A stretch of DNA of 36,345 nt, taken from positions 21,418,067 through 21,454,411 of the forward strand of contig NC_068996.1 in the NCBI RefSeq assembly GCF_001194135.2, written 5' to 3'. Position 1 is the first letter of the stretch. The number at the start of each line of letters is the position of its first letter. Made by a program: the position numbers and the translations under genes. The notes beneath the pieces were generated by a model, which was not told the DNA's origin, ran no database searches, and saw nothing but the letters and a program-made list of their open reading frames with translations. This stretch comes from Octopus bimaculoides (taxonomy: Eukaryota). This document shows positions 1 through 10,636 of the stretch, in pieces.

Positions 1-388
1 ATGTATGTATGTATATATGTATGTATGTATGTATGTATATATGTATGTATATATGTATGTATATATGTATGTATATATGTATGTATATATGTATGTATAT
101 ATGTATGTATATATGTATGTATATATATATGTATGTGTATGTATGTATGTATGTGTATGTATGTATATGTATGTATGTATGTATATATATATGTGTGTAT
201 ATATGTGTGTGTATATGTGTGTATATATGTGTGTGTATATGTGTGTGTATATGTGTGTGTATATATGTGTATATGTGTATATATATATATATAAACAATA
301 TATGAGTATATGCATATATATGTACATGTACGTATATGTGTATATTTATATGTATGTATATATATATATATGTGTGTATAACATATGA
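1..388. repeat. Compound microsatellite (TATG)n/(TA)n/(TG)n
   Basis: Direct reading: ATGT/ATAT/GTGT units; it accounts for the three low-complexity ORFs at 1-388. Confidence 0.97.
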
Positions 389-724
389 GTAAAAAGATTG
401 AGCGATGTGTATAGTTTTCTCATTATTCATCCTGTAGATCTAATTTCTTTAAACCAGACGTAATGCTTACAATTCATATGATACCATGTCTTTTTCTAAG
501 AACGCCATCATTCATTAGGAATTTCAAATAAAATTTATTGGGAACCGAAAAATGGACTATCTCCGATCAGGAGTTTTACTTGGTGGACGAAGCAAGCAAA
601 GGAGTTTCTTTAGCAAATTTTAGCCCAGCTTAAAATAAGAACTAAATCTCTCTTAAAATTACACTCTAATGGAAAGACACATTGACAAATGTTGTCTGAG
701 GTACACTGCTTTTGTGTCGAAAAA

Positions 725-800
725 AAATATAAGTGAAAAAGGCGGGATGGTCACAGCCGTAAATGGATTTAAACGTGCTCGATCGGGGTCGTGGGGGTAA
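725..800 (-). repeat. Short (~70-80 bp) interspersed repeat, family E
   Basis: Reverse complement contains cattt..gctgtgaccatcccgccttttt, matching cattccagtcatgaccatcctgtctttt at ~8768-8795 and cattccggacatgaccatcctg at ~10309-10330. Confidence 0.55.
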
Positions 801-1171
801 AAAAAATACTCAATAATGATTTCTATAATAATAATAATAATAAACCGAATAATATTGCCATCTTTCTGACGGGATGTGGGGGTGGACAAAGACATTTTTC
901 AAGGAGAGAAAGAAAAGATTTAGTGATGTTCATGTGTTTCTCAAAGACATTAGTGATGAAATGAAATAAAATAGTTGATATAATAGTTTTCTCGCGGCAA
1001 AGTATCGACCGTTCTATGTAATTGGTGCAGTAAGATATAGCGATATTCATCCATTACCAATATATATAAACGCGCACGCACACGCGAAGGGAATTAAAAT
1101 AAAATGCCTCATATAAAAACATTAAAAAATTCTTATGGCTCAAATTCGGCATGGGTATATATATATATATA

Positions 1172-1381
1172 NNNNNNNNNNNNNNNNNNNNNNNNNNNNN
1201 NNNNNNNNNNNNNNNNNNNNNNNNNNNNNNNNNNNNNNNNNNNNNNNNNNNNNNNNNNNNNNNNNNNNNNNNNNNNNNNNNNNNNNNNNNNNNNNNNNNN
1301 NNNNNNNNNNNNNNNNNNNNNNNNNNNNNNNNNNNNNNNNNNNNNNNNNNNNNNNNNNNNNNNNNNNNNNNNNNNNNNNNN
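1172..1381. other. Assembly gap (210 N); other gaps at 6825-6945, 9610-10076, 15403-15839, 22824-22833, 25616-25625 and 30092-30101
   Basis: N runs seen directly; most abut (TA)n tracts or young repeats. Confidence 0.99.
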
Positions 1382-1504
1382 GTGTTTGTTATATATATAT
1401 CTTCGATGCCTTTATAGGACTGAAATAAGAATATGAGACTTGGGAAGGAAAATGATATATGAAAAAATAAAATTTACAAATGGAAACAGAAGCGACTGTG
1501 AGTG

Positions 1505-1508
<4 letters not shown>

Positions 1509-1547
<39 letters not shown>

Positions 1548-1702
1548 GTGTGTGTGTGTGTGTATATATATATTTATTTATTTATGTGTTTCAGCCAAGT
1601 GGCTGCGGTCATATATTATATACATATAATATATGTATATATATTATATGTGAATATATAAGTATATATATACATATACACACATATATATATATATAAA
1701 CG

Positions 1703-1735
<33 letters not shown>

Positions 1736-1843
1736 TATATATAATAGTATATGTACTTAGAGAACAAAACTGTATAAATATGTATACAGTTGTGTAGTAT
1801 AAATCTGTGTCTGTGTGCGCGCGTTTATGTACTTACATATATG

Positions 1844-1881
<38 letters not shown>

Positions 1882-2212
1882 AGAAAGAGAAAGCAAGCAG
1901 TAAGATGTATCTAAAAAATATATATTTAATATAATATAAATTTTCATGTTTCTTTTTCTCTTTATGATGCTAAATGTTTGACTACACGACTACACTCGAG
2001 AATCTAGACGTTACTCTGCCAGCTTGTTTTCTTCAAAATGATATATTGCAGCAAAAAATTATTTCTAAATAGATGTCACATAAAAATTCCTCCTTGGCGG
2101 ACGGAAACTATCAAAAAAATATACGCAACCGCAGCGGAGATATGCATATTAATAAGATACTAGTAGCACATATATACATAGATACATTATGTGTATGTGT
2201 GTGTGTATACAG

Positions 2213-2249
<37 letters not shown>

Positions 2250-2263
2250 CCTGAGTCTGTGTG

Positions 2264-2300
<37 letters not shown>

Positions 2301-2580
2301 GCATGCAGACACACACACACACACATATGAGTATATGTACTCAGACACACATACACATTAGTTTATGACTAGCATCTTAATACTAAAAGGAGATACATAT
2401 ATTTCTGAGAACATGTTTAAATTCATTTTATCACATATCTACTTATATACCTTAACCAATTACACACGTATACATACATACGCACATACATACATATACA
2501 TACATATACACACATACATACATACATACATACATACATACATACACATATGTATGTATGTTTGTATGTGTGTGTGCCTG
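1509..2580. repeat. Cluster of microsatellites: (TA)n, (TG)n, (CA)n, (TCTA)n, (TACA)n
   Basis: Direct reading, e.g. (TG)n 1845-1878, (TCTA)n 2265-2300, (TACA)n 2510-2550, with unique AT-rich spacers between. Confidence 0.92.
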
Positions 2581-2739
2581 TGTATCTATGGAAACTGCTG
2601 TAAAGTACACACTAAATTAGTACCTATGTATATATAATATATTCATCTATAAGAATGTATATACAGGTGTATGTCTGTGGATATATATATATATTATCAC
2701 CATCATGATCATCAGTTAGGTTCCCTCCTTGTGTCCAGG

Positions 2740-3130
2740 AGTCAGCTTACCAAGACTCTACATTCCATCTGCATTGTTCTCCATGTATTTAGCCAGACTT
2801 TTATTTCCAATCCATCAATCCACAAATGTCTTTCATGGCCTCTTCCTATTTTCCCCTGTCAGGTTGGTCATGGGTAACATCTTATGGCACATTGTATGTC
2901 TAAAATATGACAGCATTTGTGGACTTAATATGTTACCTTCTCTTTAGGTAACTTATCATTCCGAATCTGTGAAAGATCCATATTGCAAAGGTTTTTACTT
3001 TTTGCTTCATAACTGTATACATTGACCTGTATTTCTGACCTGTGGAGGACAATTGATATAATGCAACAAATTTACTAGCTGCAATTTTAGGTGCAGTATT
3101 TATGTCTTTTGAGCCGAAGATTTTTTTCAC
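2740..3130 (-). mobile_element. Decayed RTE-clade (BovB-like) LINE, 3' end of ORF
   Basis: Minus strand reads (with stops and shifts) ...SYFRHTMCHK...GKNRKRP*KTFVD..., matching the RTE C-terminal pattern LRYFGHIMR...GKRGRGRPRKTW. Confidence 0.6.
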
Positions 3131-3874
3131 TCTTATAAATGATGTTTTAGTTTTATTTATCCTGTGACTAACTTCTACAAATCAATCTTACAAGAAGTTG
3201 GAGGATCATTCCAATGCGGTCCTTTAACTCATCAGATCTTGTTATGCTCCAGTGCCTACTTTGCCATGGTTTCTCTGGCTGGATACCCTTACTAACACCA
3301 GCCACTTTACAGAGAGTACTATATGCATTTTTTTTTTTTTGTTTTTAGCTGTGGTGCCTGCACTAGTGAAGTTTGCTCTGTAACTTGTGAAACTAAGGCC
3401 TAAAGTGGTTCTTATAACTGAGGGAGATATAGGGGAGGGTGTACTGATTCTAGGCAGGATGATGAGGGAGGGTAAGTAAGATGAGAGGAATAGATTTATA
3501 TTTGTGATAGGGTGGTAGTGGAGAGAGTAATAGAGTAGTAGATTAGACAATTAGAAGAGGGAGTATGGCAGGGGGCTGCAGAAAGCGGAATGATTAGAGT
3601 GTTGGGGATATTGAGAGAAAGTGGACAGAGTAGAAAGTTGATAGTATGGATTGTATGTATGTAGCAAGTTGTAAGGAGCAATAAACATTAAGAGCATGTG
3701 AAGTAGTCTTTCTTGGATGCCCAGAAGAATGTCTGGATAGTTTCTGTTATGTAGGTGACCTAATTAGCAGTGATGGAGGTTGATTTGAAAGTATAGTTGC
3801 TAGAATAAGAATAAGATGGAGAAAGGCATATTGTATGATGCTTATATACAAACAGCAATGGTACATGATAGTGA

Positions 3875-4250
3875 GATATGGACCCAGAATGCAGAGTATA
3901 TGTAGGGGAGGGGCTAGAAAGAAATGAAGCAAACATGCTCCAATGGATATGCAATATAAGTATGTATGGAGGACAAAGTACTAATGTCTTAAGAGAAAAA
4001 CTGGACATAACAGGAATCAGATGTAGCATGCAAGAAAGAATACACTTGTATGGTCATGTGATATGGATGGCAGACAGTTGCATAAAGAAACACTGATCAC
4101 TTTATGTGGATGGAGCTTGTAAAAAAGGAGACCCCCAAAAAGACATGAAGTATTGAGGGCTGATCTTAGGATCTTGTACCTTATGGAGGAGATGACAAAG
4201 ACCGACAGTATACAGTGCACAAGAAGAGCCACTCAACTAAGCTAGCATGA
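3875..4250 (+). mobile_element. Decayed RTE LINE C-terminal fragment
   Basis: ORF 3878-4096 LERNEANMLQWICNIS...LREKLDITGIRCSMQERIHLYGHVIWM fits the RTE consensus RNEASMLRWMC...LREKL...RRLRWYGHV. Confidence 0.85.
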
Positions 4251-4339
4251 TGTGATTGAGGTTCTTGATGCTTTGGTCAACCTGTGACAATAGAAGATAC
4301 TATAGTATCTCAAGAGGCCAGACAAGGACTGAACTGGAG

Positions 4340-4560
4340 GTATCAGATATTGTGTACAAGAAAGAAAACTGCACTGATATGGACATGTAATGTGCATGGA
4401 TGAGGACAGTTGCATAAAGAAGTGTCGATTGTATAGTGTGCTTGGAGCTTGTGGAAGAGGGAGACCCAGGAAGGTATGGGATGAAGTGGTGAAGGTTGAC
4501 CTCAGAAACCTGAGCCTCATTAAGGTGATGACAAAGGACCAAGATGTCCTAAAGAAGACC
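4340..4560 (+). mobile_element. Second decayed RTE LINE C-terminal fragment
   Basis: ORF 4390: MDEDSCIKKCRLYSVLGACGRGRPRKVWDEVVKVDLRNLSLIKVMTKDQD carries the RTE GRGRPRKTW motif. Confidence 0.88.
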
Positions 4561-5039
4561 TACTCATGTTGGCTAAATGGAGTTCTGGAACCCCTATGTG
4601 TATTGTGCTTTCCATCTACTTGTTATGTTGATTTACCCCCACCTATACCATGGAACTAATCTATCTCTCATCATATCATTGCCTACCTCGCCCCCCCCCC
4701 TTCTGCAGCCTACCCAACCTTGTCTTGTCCTCCCCCTTGTCAACTACATCATCATTACTATCCTGCTACTCTCATCTGAATCCCTCTACTTTATCATTGA
4801 TTCTTGAGGTTCTTATCACCCTTCAACCATGCCCAATTTAGCAGTTGCAGGCTGCCTCAACATCCTGTTATCCCCTGCTCCCCATACAGTCTTGCACCTC
4901 CCCCACCCTATCCACCTCACTTCTACTTACCTCATCATGAGAGGCCACCTGGACACCTCATCTCCACTATCTGTCTCTTTACAGCTCTTCTACAAGAACC
5001 TGCTCTACTTGCCACACACAGCTGTCATATACTTTAGTC

Positions 5040-5295
5040 CCTTATCCTCCAGCATAAAGCTTCCTTGTGGGGTTTGCAAGTCTTGCGAGATGCTTGACAA
5101 CCTCAATAATGTTGGTAGTACAAAAATAAAAGCACTCAGCACACGCTGTAAAGTGGTTGGCATTAGGAAGTGCATCCAGCTATAGCAATCATGCCAAACC
5201 AGACACTGGTGCACGATGCAGTCCTTGAACCCACTGGATCCTGCCAAACTGTCCAGCTCATGCCAGCATGGAAAATGGACGTTAAATGATGATGA
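5040..5295 (+). mobile_element. RTE 3'-UTR-derived repeat (family C), old copy
   Basis: Contains ggttggcattaggaagtgcatccagct and ends catgccagcatggaaaatggacgttaaa(tga)n. Confidence 0.8.
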
Positions 5296-5659
5296 TATAA
5301 TGTGTCATTGTATTTTTAATTGATAAAAGTTACAAAGTAATTCAAGGGAAGAGATCTTTCAACATTTGTATAGAAGCCCACTGGGTAGGGTAGACTTGAT
5401 TTGTCACCCTTGATACACCTCCACCTCCTGTTCTGTTGATATATTTAACTGATTTCATTCTGCTGTAAGCATTGTGGCCAAATTTCGACATTGAGCATCA
5501 CATCCTCTCTTCGTTCTACCATACTTAGATGTTCTGAAAAATCTCAAGAGGACTGCCCTTCCTCCTCTGAATAAGCCATTAAAAAAATATATATATAAAG
5601 CAAAAACAAATGCTACTAATTGAATTGTAAATCTCAGCCCTGTGTTTAGGACTAATAAT

Positions 5660-5680
5660 TGTGTGTGTGTGTGTGTGCAC

Positions 5681-5735
<55 letters not shown>
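5660..5735. repeat. (TG)n microsatellite
   Basis: Direct reading. Confidence 0.97.
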
Positions 5736-5736
<1 letters not shown>

Positions 5737-5999
5737 ATGTACATTTGTTTGGACTTTCAGGATTGTATTGTAATAGCACTCTGGGTTGTTGTATAAGTTT
5801 TTAAGTTGATTGTACGTACAACAGAAAGTACTGTGACGACTAGTTTGCAACAGTAATAAATTGTGGCTCTTACATGTCCAGTAGTCTTTGTACTTTTTTT
5901 ATAGTTCGACCTGGAGGAAGGATCTGTGACCGAGGCAATCACACACACCTTCTGAGACTATTGACATTGACACAGTTAACATTTCTTTTTAAATGGTTC

Positions 6000-6520
6000 T
6001 AAGTTGGCCGCTGCAAGGAACATGTTCATGGTGGGAATTCCTGAAGGTTCCAAAGAGAAAGAATTGGGTAAAATGATTAGTGGAAACCAGATGTAGATGC
6101 AATGAGTAAACAAAGGATAAGTGTGTTAAGAGTACCTGTGTGGACATAGGAAAGAATCAACCAGTTGCAAGGAGCAGATGCCATTATAGTTTTTGTAAAA
6201 ACATCAAGAGAGAGAAGACACTATTTCTGTGGATTAGAAACTGGAGTGTATTAGTGATTGACTTCATGCTAACTGTTTAAGTGCTCTTTCTTGTCATGTT
6301 AAGGGTGCCTCTGTAGTGTGTGTGTGTGTGTGTGTGTGGAGAGAGAGAGAAAGAGCACTGCCTCAGATGTAGAAGCAGTTCTCTATTGTGAATCTTGTTT
6401 GGGTTTGTTGTAGGGAATCTGAAGAAGGAACCCAGTTTTTGGGAAGCAGTTTTTGCTATGCTAAAGATTTGAGATCATCAGAACAGACCCTTAGTCGTAG
6501 AGAGGCCCAACATTTGCAGT
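6000..6520 (-). mobile_element. Decayed CR1/L2-group LINE 3' fragment, split by a microsatellite
   Basis: Minus strand gives IFSIAKTASQKLG.FF (6400-6480) and FYKNYNGICS (6170-6200), resembling the post-RT CR1/L2/Crack pattern LFYRYYNGHCS; 8290-8570 is a paralogous diverged copy. Confidence 0.55.
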
Positions 6521-6551
6521 GAACTTAAAAGTTCTGGATCTGTGTCATTTA

Positions 6552-7277
6552 TGTTTAGCACTCAGATTATTCTAACTGTAATGCTTATTTATTCTTTTTT
6601 TATTCTTCTATTTGTTTAGTCATTTTGACTGTGGCCATGGTAGAGCACCACCTTTAGTCGAACAAATCGACCCCGGGACTTATTCTTTGTAAGCCTAATA
6701 CTTATTCTATTGGGATCTTTCGTTGAACTGCTAAGTTACGGGGATGTGAACACACCAGGATCGGTTGTCAAGTGATGTTTGGGGGACAAACAAAGTTACA
6801 CATACATACATATATATATATATANNNNNNNNNNNNNNNNNNNNNNNNNNNNNNNNNNNNNNNNNNNNNNNNNNNNNNNNNNNNNNNNNNNNNNNNNNNN
6901 NNNNNNNNNNNNNNNNNNNNNNNNNNNNNNNNNNNNNNNNNNNNNATATATGATGGGCTTCTTCAGTTTCCATCTACTAAATTCACTCACAAGGCTTTGG
7001 TTGGCCCAAGGCTATAGTAGAAGGTGCCACACAGTGGGACTGAGCCCAGAACCATGTGGTTGGGAAGCAAGCTACTTACCACACAGTCACTCCTACTATT
7101 TTTCTTTTATTTATTTATAATGTGTCATCCTGTAGCTTCATGATTTCAATGATGTAATTGCTTATTTCTAAAATGACATTGTAGGGTAGGTGTGAGAGAT
7201 AAGATCTGGCTAGTTTGAACATAAAATAGTTGAAATATTTGGGCTGGAAATAGCCAGTGTAAATGCTTAAGGGTTAA
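6552..7277 (-). mobile_element. piggyBac-like TTAA MITE (family P), interrupted by a SINE
   Basis: 6552-6594 and 7100-7273 match the reverse complement of the intact copy at 21688-21883; the right end is aaggg|ttaa (TTAA 7274-7277). Confidence 0.72.
6598..7096 (-). mobile_element. tRNA-derived SINE family B (internal microsatellite type)
   Basis: Reverse complement of the 7483-7907 copy; head gtaggagtgactgtgtggtaagtagcttgc; the internal (TA)n contains the 6825-6945 gap. Confidence 0.85.
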
Positions 7278-7482
7278 AGTGATTGTGGATACAATAATGT
7301 TTTCTTGATATTTGTAGTATTTTTTTTTTTTTTAGTTGTGTAAATTGTTACTATTGCTTAACTCCCAAATCAGTCTTGATGGACCTTTATCTATGATTAA
7401 ATGCTTTCCTGCTCTGGTTATCCCATTTTTTTTTTATAAGATTCCAGAATGTGATTTTAGGGTAATTTCACTCTTATTACTA

Positions 7483-7652
7483 GCAGGAGTGGCTGTGTGG
7501 TAGATAGCTTGCTTACCAACCACATGGTCCCGGGTTCAGTCCCATTGCATGGCACCTTGGGCAAGTGTCTTCTACTATAGCCTCGGGCTGACCAAAGCCT
7601 TGTGAGTAGATTTGGTAGACGGAAACTGAAAGAAGCCCCTTGAGTATATGTA

Positions 7653-7711
<59 letters not shown>

Positions 7712-7907
7712 CTGTGTTTGCCCCCTCCCAACATCGCTTGACAACAGATGCTGGTATGTTTACGTCCCATAACCTAGCGGTTCGGCAAAAGCGACCGATA
7801 GAATAAGTATTAGGCTTACAAAGAATAAGCTCTGGGGTCGATTTACACGACTAAAGGCGGTGCTCCAGCATGGCCGCAGTGCCAAATGCCTGAAACGAGT
7901 AAAAGAG
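7483..7907 (+). mobile_element. tRNA-derived SINE family B, near full length
   Basis: A-box-like tggctgtgtggt and B-box-like ggttcagtccc, then a body, an internal (TG)n(TA)n(TG)n at ~7645-7712 and a 3' part ending aaacgagtaaaaga; at least 8 related copies in the window. Confidence 0.88.
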
Positions 7908-8289
7908 GTGTCATGTCCACATAAAGGATTCCTCTTTGGTTCATCATTATGTTGATTTATGGGTCTGTGTGTATTCTCTGGCAATGCTATGTGTAATGTC
8001 TTTGTGTAGTTTATAGTTTATTGAATGCTAATGGATCAAATGTATTATTTGTACATTGTTGCTGTTTCTATCTATTATCTAGATGTGGTATCTGTGATTG
8101 CTCTAAATATGTTTGTATATTGTTATTTCTTTCTGTTGATCAAATGTAATAACTGTGACATTCTAAGTATGTTTTGCAGATCATTTTGCTTTTTTTTTGT
8201 TTTTTACTTCGTCTTCTGTGTATTGTGTATGTTGTAGAGTTGATATAAATAACTCCCATGTCTTTGAAGTTGTGTGCGACCATTGGTTC

Positions 8290-8570
8290 CATTTGCTGTT
8301 CTGATGTTTTGCTATGCTTTTCGAAGGAGAAAGGGCTGGGTAAAGTGATTAGTGCAGACTTGGAGGTGTGAATATAATGTGGATGATGATAGGAAAAGAA
8401 ATAACTATCTCAGGAGTACCTAAGCGGACATGGCAAAAGTTCAACTAATCATGAGGAGCAGGGGCCATTATAGTATAGTACTGGTAGAAATGTCAAGAGA
8501 GAGAAGAAATAGTATCCATGTGAATCAGAAGCTAGAATGTGGGTCAGAAGCCACAATCCTTAGCTGGCCA
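8290..8570 (-). mobile_element. Decayed CR1/L2-group LINE 3' fragment
   Basis: Aligns by eye with 6050-6250 (ctgggtaaagtgattagtg, ggagcag..gccattatagt, tcaagagagagaaga). Confidence 0.5.
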
Positions 8571-8721
8571 AAATGCTAATTATGATTCTTATATCTATAT
8601 AACTCGGTTGACACCATTCTGCACATTTTGACATGCAGTGGTTTATTTTATGTTGTGCAGTGATGCATTTTCAACCTGCTTTACTTTCTCCACTGTCTGG
8701 TGGTTTGTATGTCTGTTGTTA

Positions 8722-8797
8722 TTTAGGCCCCAGTTTATCTCTAATGGGACCAGAAATATGATTAGTCACATTCCAGTCATGACCATCCTGTCTTTTC
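8722..8797 (+). repeat. Short interspersed repeat family E (other copies ~7365-7430, ~10295-10335, ~34213-34290)
   Basis: Shared tttag.cccag...atgat.aaag.cattcc..catgaccatcctg pattern. Confidence 0.5.
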
Positions 8798-9245
8798 CCT
8801 ATGAGTAGGGAACCCACGACCACGTTGTTCAACGTATCATTTTCTAAGACATTGAGGGTGTAATTTGTAGCAGATTGAGTTTCACCTGGTGGTGGCCACA
8901 ACTGAGGTAGTCAAATGTGTATTCAGTGTGCAACTGTTCCTGTTGCACTGCGGTTACTATTGGCGGTGTGCATTTCAGTACAGTATTTGGAGCCAGCAAG
9001 GCTTTCCATACTGCAGCTATTTCTGATGTGTGTGTGTGTATGTGTGGGGACTGAGTAGGAAAGATAGGAGTTTTAGCATACTATTATGGTAGTGTTCTGG
9101 GCTGGTATGTGTGTCTGTGTGTATATGTGTGTGTATGTGTTTGGAGATGATTCTAGTTGTCTTCTAGGGCATTGTGCTGTGTATGCTTGTTGGATTGTAG
9201 AGGTGGTGGTAGTTGCACTCTGAGTGGTTGAATATGTATCTGGAT

Positions 9246-9502
9246 CAGTGGTTCTCAACTAGAGTCCATATGACCCTAGGGAGTCCATATAAGACTTTGT
9301 TGTTAAAGTTGATGAGCAATAAATTGGTTTTACTTCTAAAATACACAGCACATTTTAATAATCATTTTTATGCAATTCCTCATAATGTTTAATTATAAAA
9401 ATATATAATAGGATTTTTTAAACATGGAAAGGTTATGAGAGCCTACCAAGGTAAAATAGGAATCAAAGGAGTCTATAGGCAAAAAATGGTTGAGAACCAC
9501 TG
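9246..9502. mobile_element. hAT (Charlie-type) MITE, 257 bp
   Basis: Perfect 14-bp TIRs CAGTGGTTCTCAAC / GTTGAGAACCACTG and a perfect 8-bp TSD ATCTGGAT (9238-9245 and 9503-9510). Confidence 0.95.
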
Positions 9503-9513
9503 ATCTGGATAGT

Positions 9514-9543
<30 letters not shown>

Positions 9544-9544
<1 letters not shown>

Positions 9545-9609
9545 TCTTTTACTCTTTTACTTGTTTCAGTCATTTGACTGCGGCCATGCTGGAGCACCGC
9601 CTTTAGTCG
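9544..9609 (-). mobile_element. SINE family B 3' end running into a gap
   Basis: tcttttacttgtttcagtcatttgactgcggccatgctggagcaccgcctttagtcg is the reverse complement of the family B tail. Confidence 0.8.
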
Positions 9610-10076
9610 NNNNNNNNNNNNNNNNNNNNNNNNNNNNNNNNNNNNNNNNNNNNNNNNNNNNNNNNNNNNNNNNNNNNNNNNNNNNNNNNNNNNNNNNNNN
9701 NNNNNNNNNNNNNNNNNNNNNNNNNNNNNNNNNNNNNNNNNNNNNNNNNNNNNNNNNNNNNNNNNNNNNNNNNNNNNNNNNNNNNNNNNNNNNNNNNNNN
9801 NNNNNNNNNNNNNNNNNNNNNNNNNNNNNNNNNNNNNNNNNNNNNNNNNNNNNNNNNNNNNNNNNNNNNNNNNNNNNNNNNNNNNNNNNNNNNNNNNNNN
9901 NNNNNNNNNNNNNNNNNNNNNNNNNNNNNNNNNNNNNNNNNNNNNNNNNNNNNNNNNNNNNNNNNNNNNNNNNNNNNNNNNNNNNNNNNNNNNNNNNNNN
10001 NNNNNNNNNNNNNNNNNNNNNNNNNNNNNNNNNNNNNNNNNNNNNNNNNNNNNNNNNNNNNNNNNNNNNNNNNNNN

Positions 10077-10120
<44 letters not shown>

Positions 10121-10384
10121 GAGTGGTTATGGTGATTGTAATGGAGTGGATGGGGCTGCAGAGCTTGGAATTAGTTTCTATAACAAACTATAATCTTAAA
10201 ATGCCAAAAAGTTTTGTCAGTTTTAGTATTTTGTTCCACATGTAGTGACACTAAGTGTGACACTTTATGTTCTTTGTAGTTTATTGTTGTTTTGTTTATA
10301 ATCAAAGGCATTCCGGACATGACCATCCTGACTGTTTGTATATTTACAGCTACATTATACAATGTTTACTTTAGGTAGAGTTTT

Positions 10385-10560
10385 TAGTATGTTTGGCAAA
10401 ATGCCCAGCGTCATTTCTTCTGTCTCTTTATATTCTGAGTTCAAATTCTGCTCAAATTGACTTTGTCTTTTATCGTTTTAGGGCTGATACAATAAGGACT
10501 AGTTAAACACTGGAGTTGACATAATAAACTCTTAAATCTCAAGCCTTGTTCTTATAGAAA
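10385..10560 (+). mobile_element. SINE family D, diverged copy
   Basis: ggcaaaatgc...ttctgagttcaaattc...gactttg matches 33450-33660; followed by an A-rich then (ATC)/(ATT)n tail. Confidence 0.65.
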
Positions 10561-10596
10561 AAAAAAAAAATTATTAAAAAAAAAATCATCATCATC

Positions 10597-10636
<40 letters not shown>

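Noticed and set aside
1-388. ORFs of repeating [12 protein letters not shown] type here and at 23695-24775, 25454-25830 and 27942-28269
   Set aside because: Translations of stop-free dinucleotide and tetranucleotide microsatellites, not genes.
669-706. Plus-strand ATG...CTG AG|GTACAC (MERHIDKCCL) as a first exon
   Set aside because: Weak donor, unrecognised peptide and no downstream exon I could link to it.
1104-1436. ORFs containing long X runs (also 6731-7120, 9513-10193, 15355-15882)
   Set aside because: Open only because they span N gaps.
3330-3750. Purine-rich plus-strand stretches (also 14400-14810, 16965-17330) giving S/L/P/H-rich minus ORFs
   Set aside because: Probably very old LINE or Penelope debris (a YYIGK string near 14570 hints at GIY-YIG), but too decayed to assign.
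5400-5580. Complex segment with minus-strand MAYSEEEGQSS*DFSEHLSMVE... and plus-strand FCCKHCGQ... readings
   Set aside because: Stops in the candidate frames, no convincing splice-site pair and no recognisable domain.
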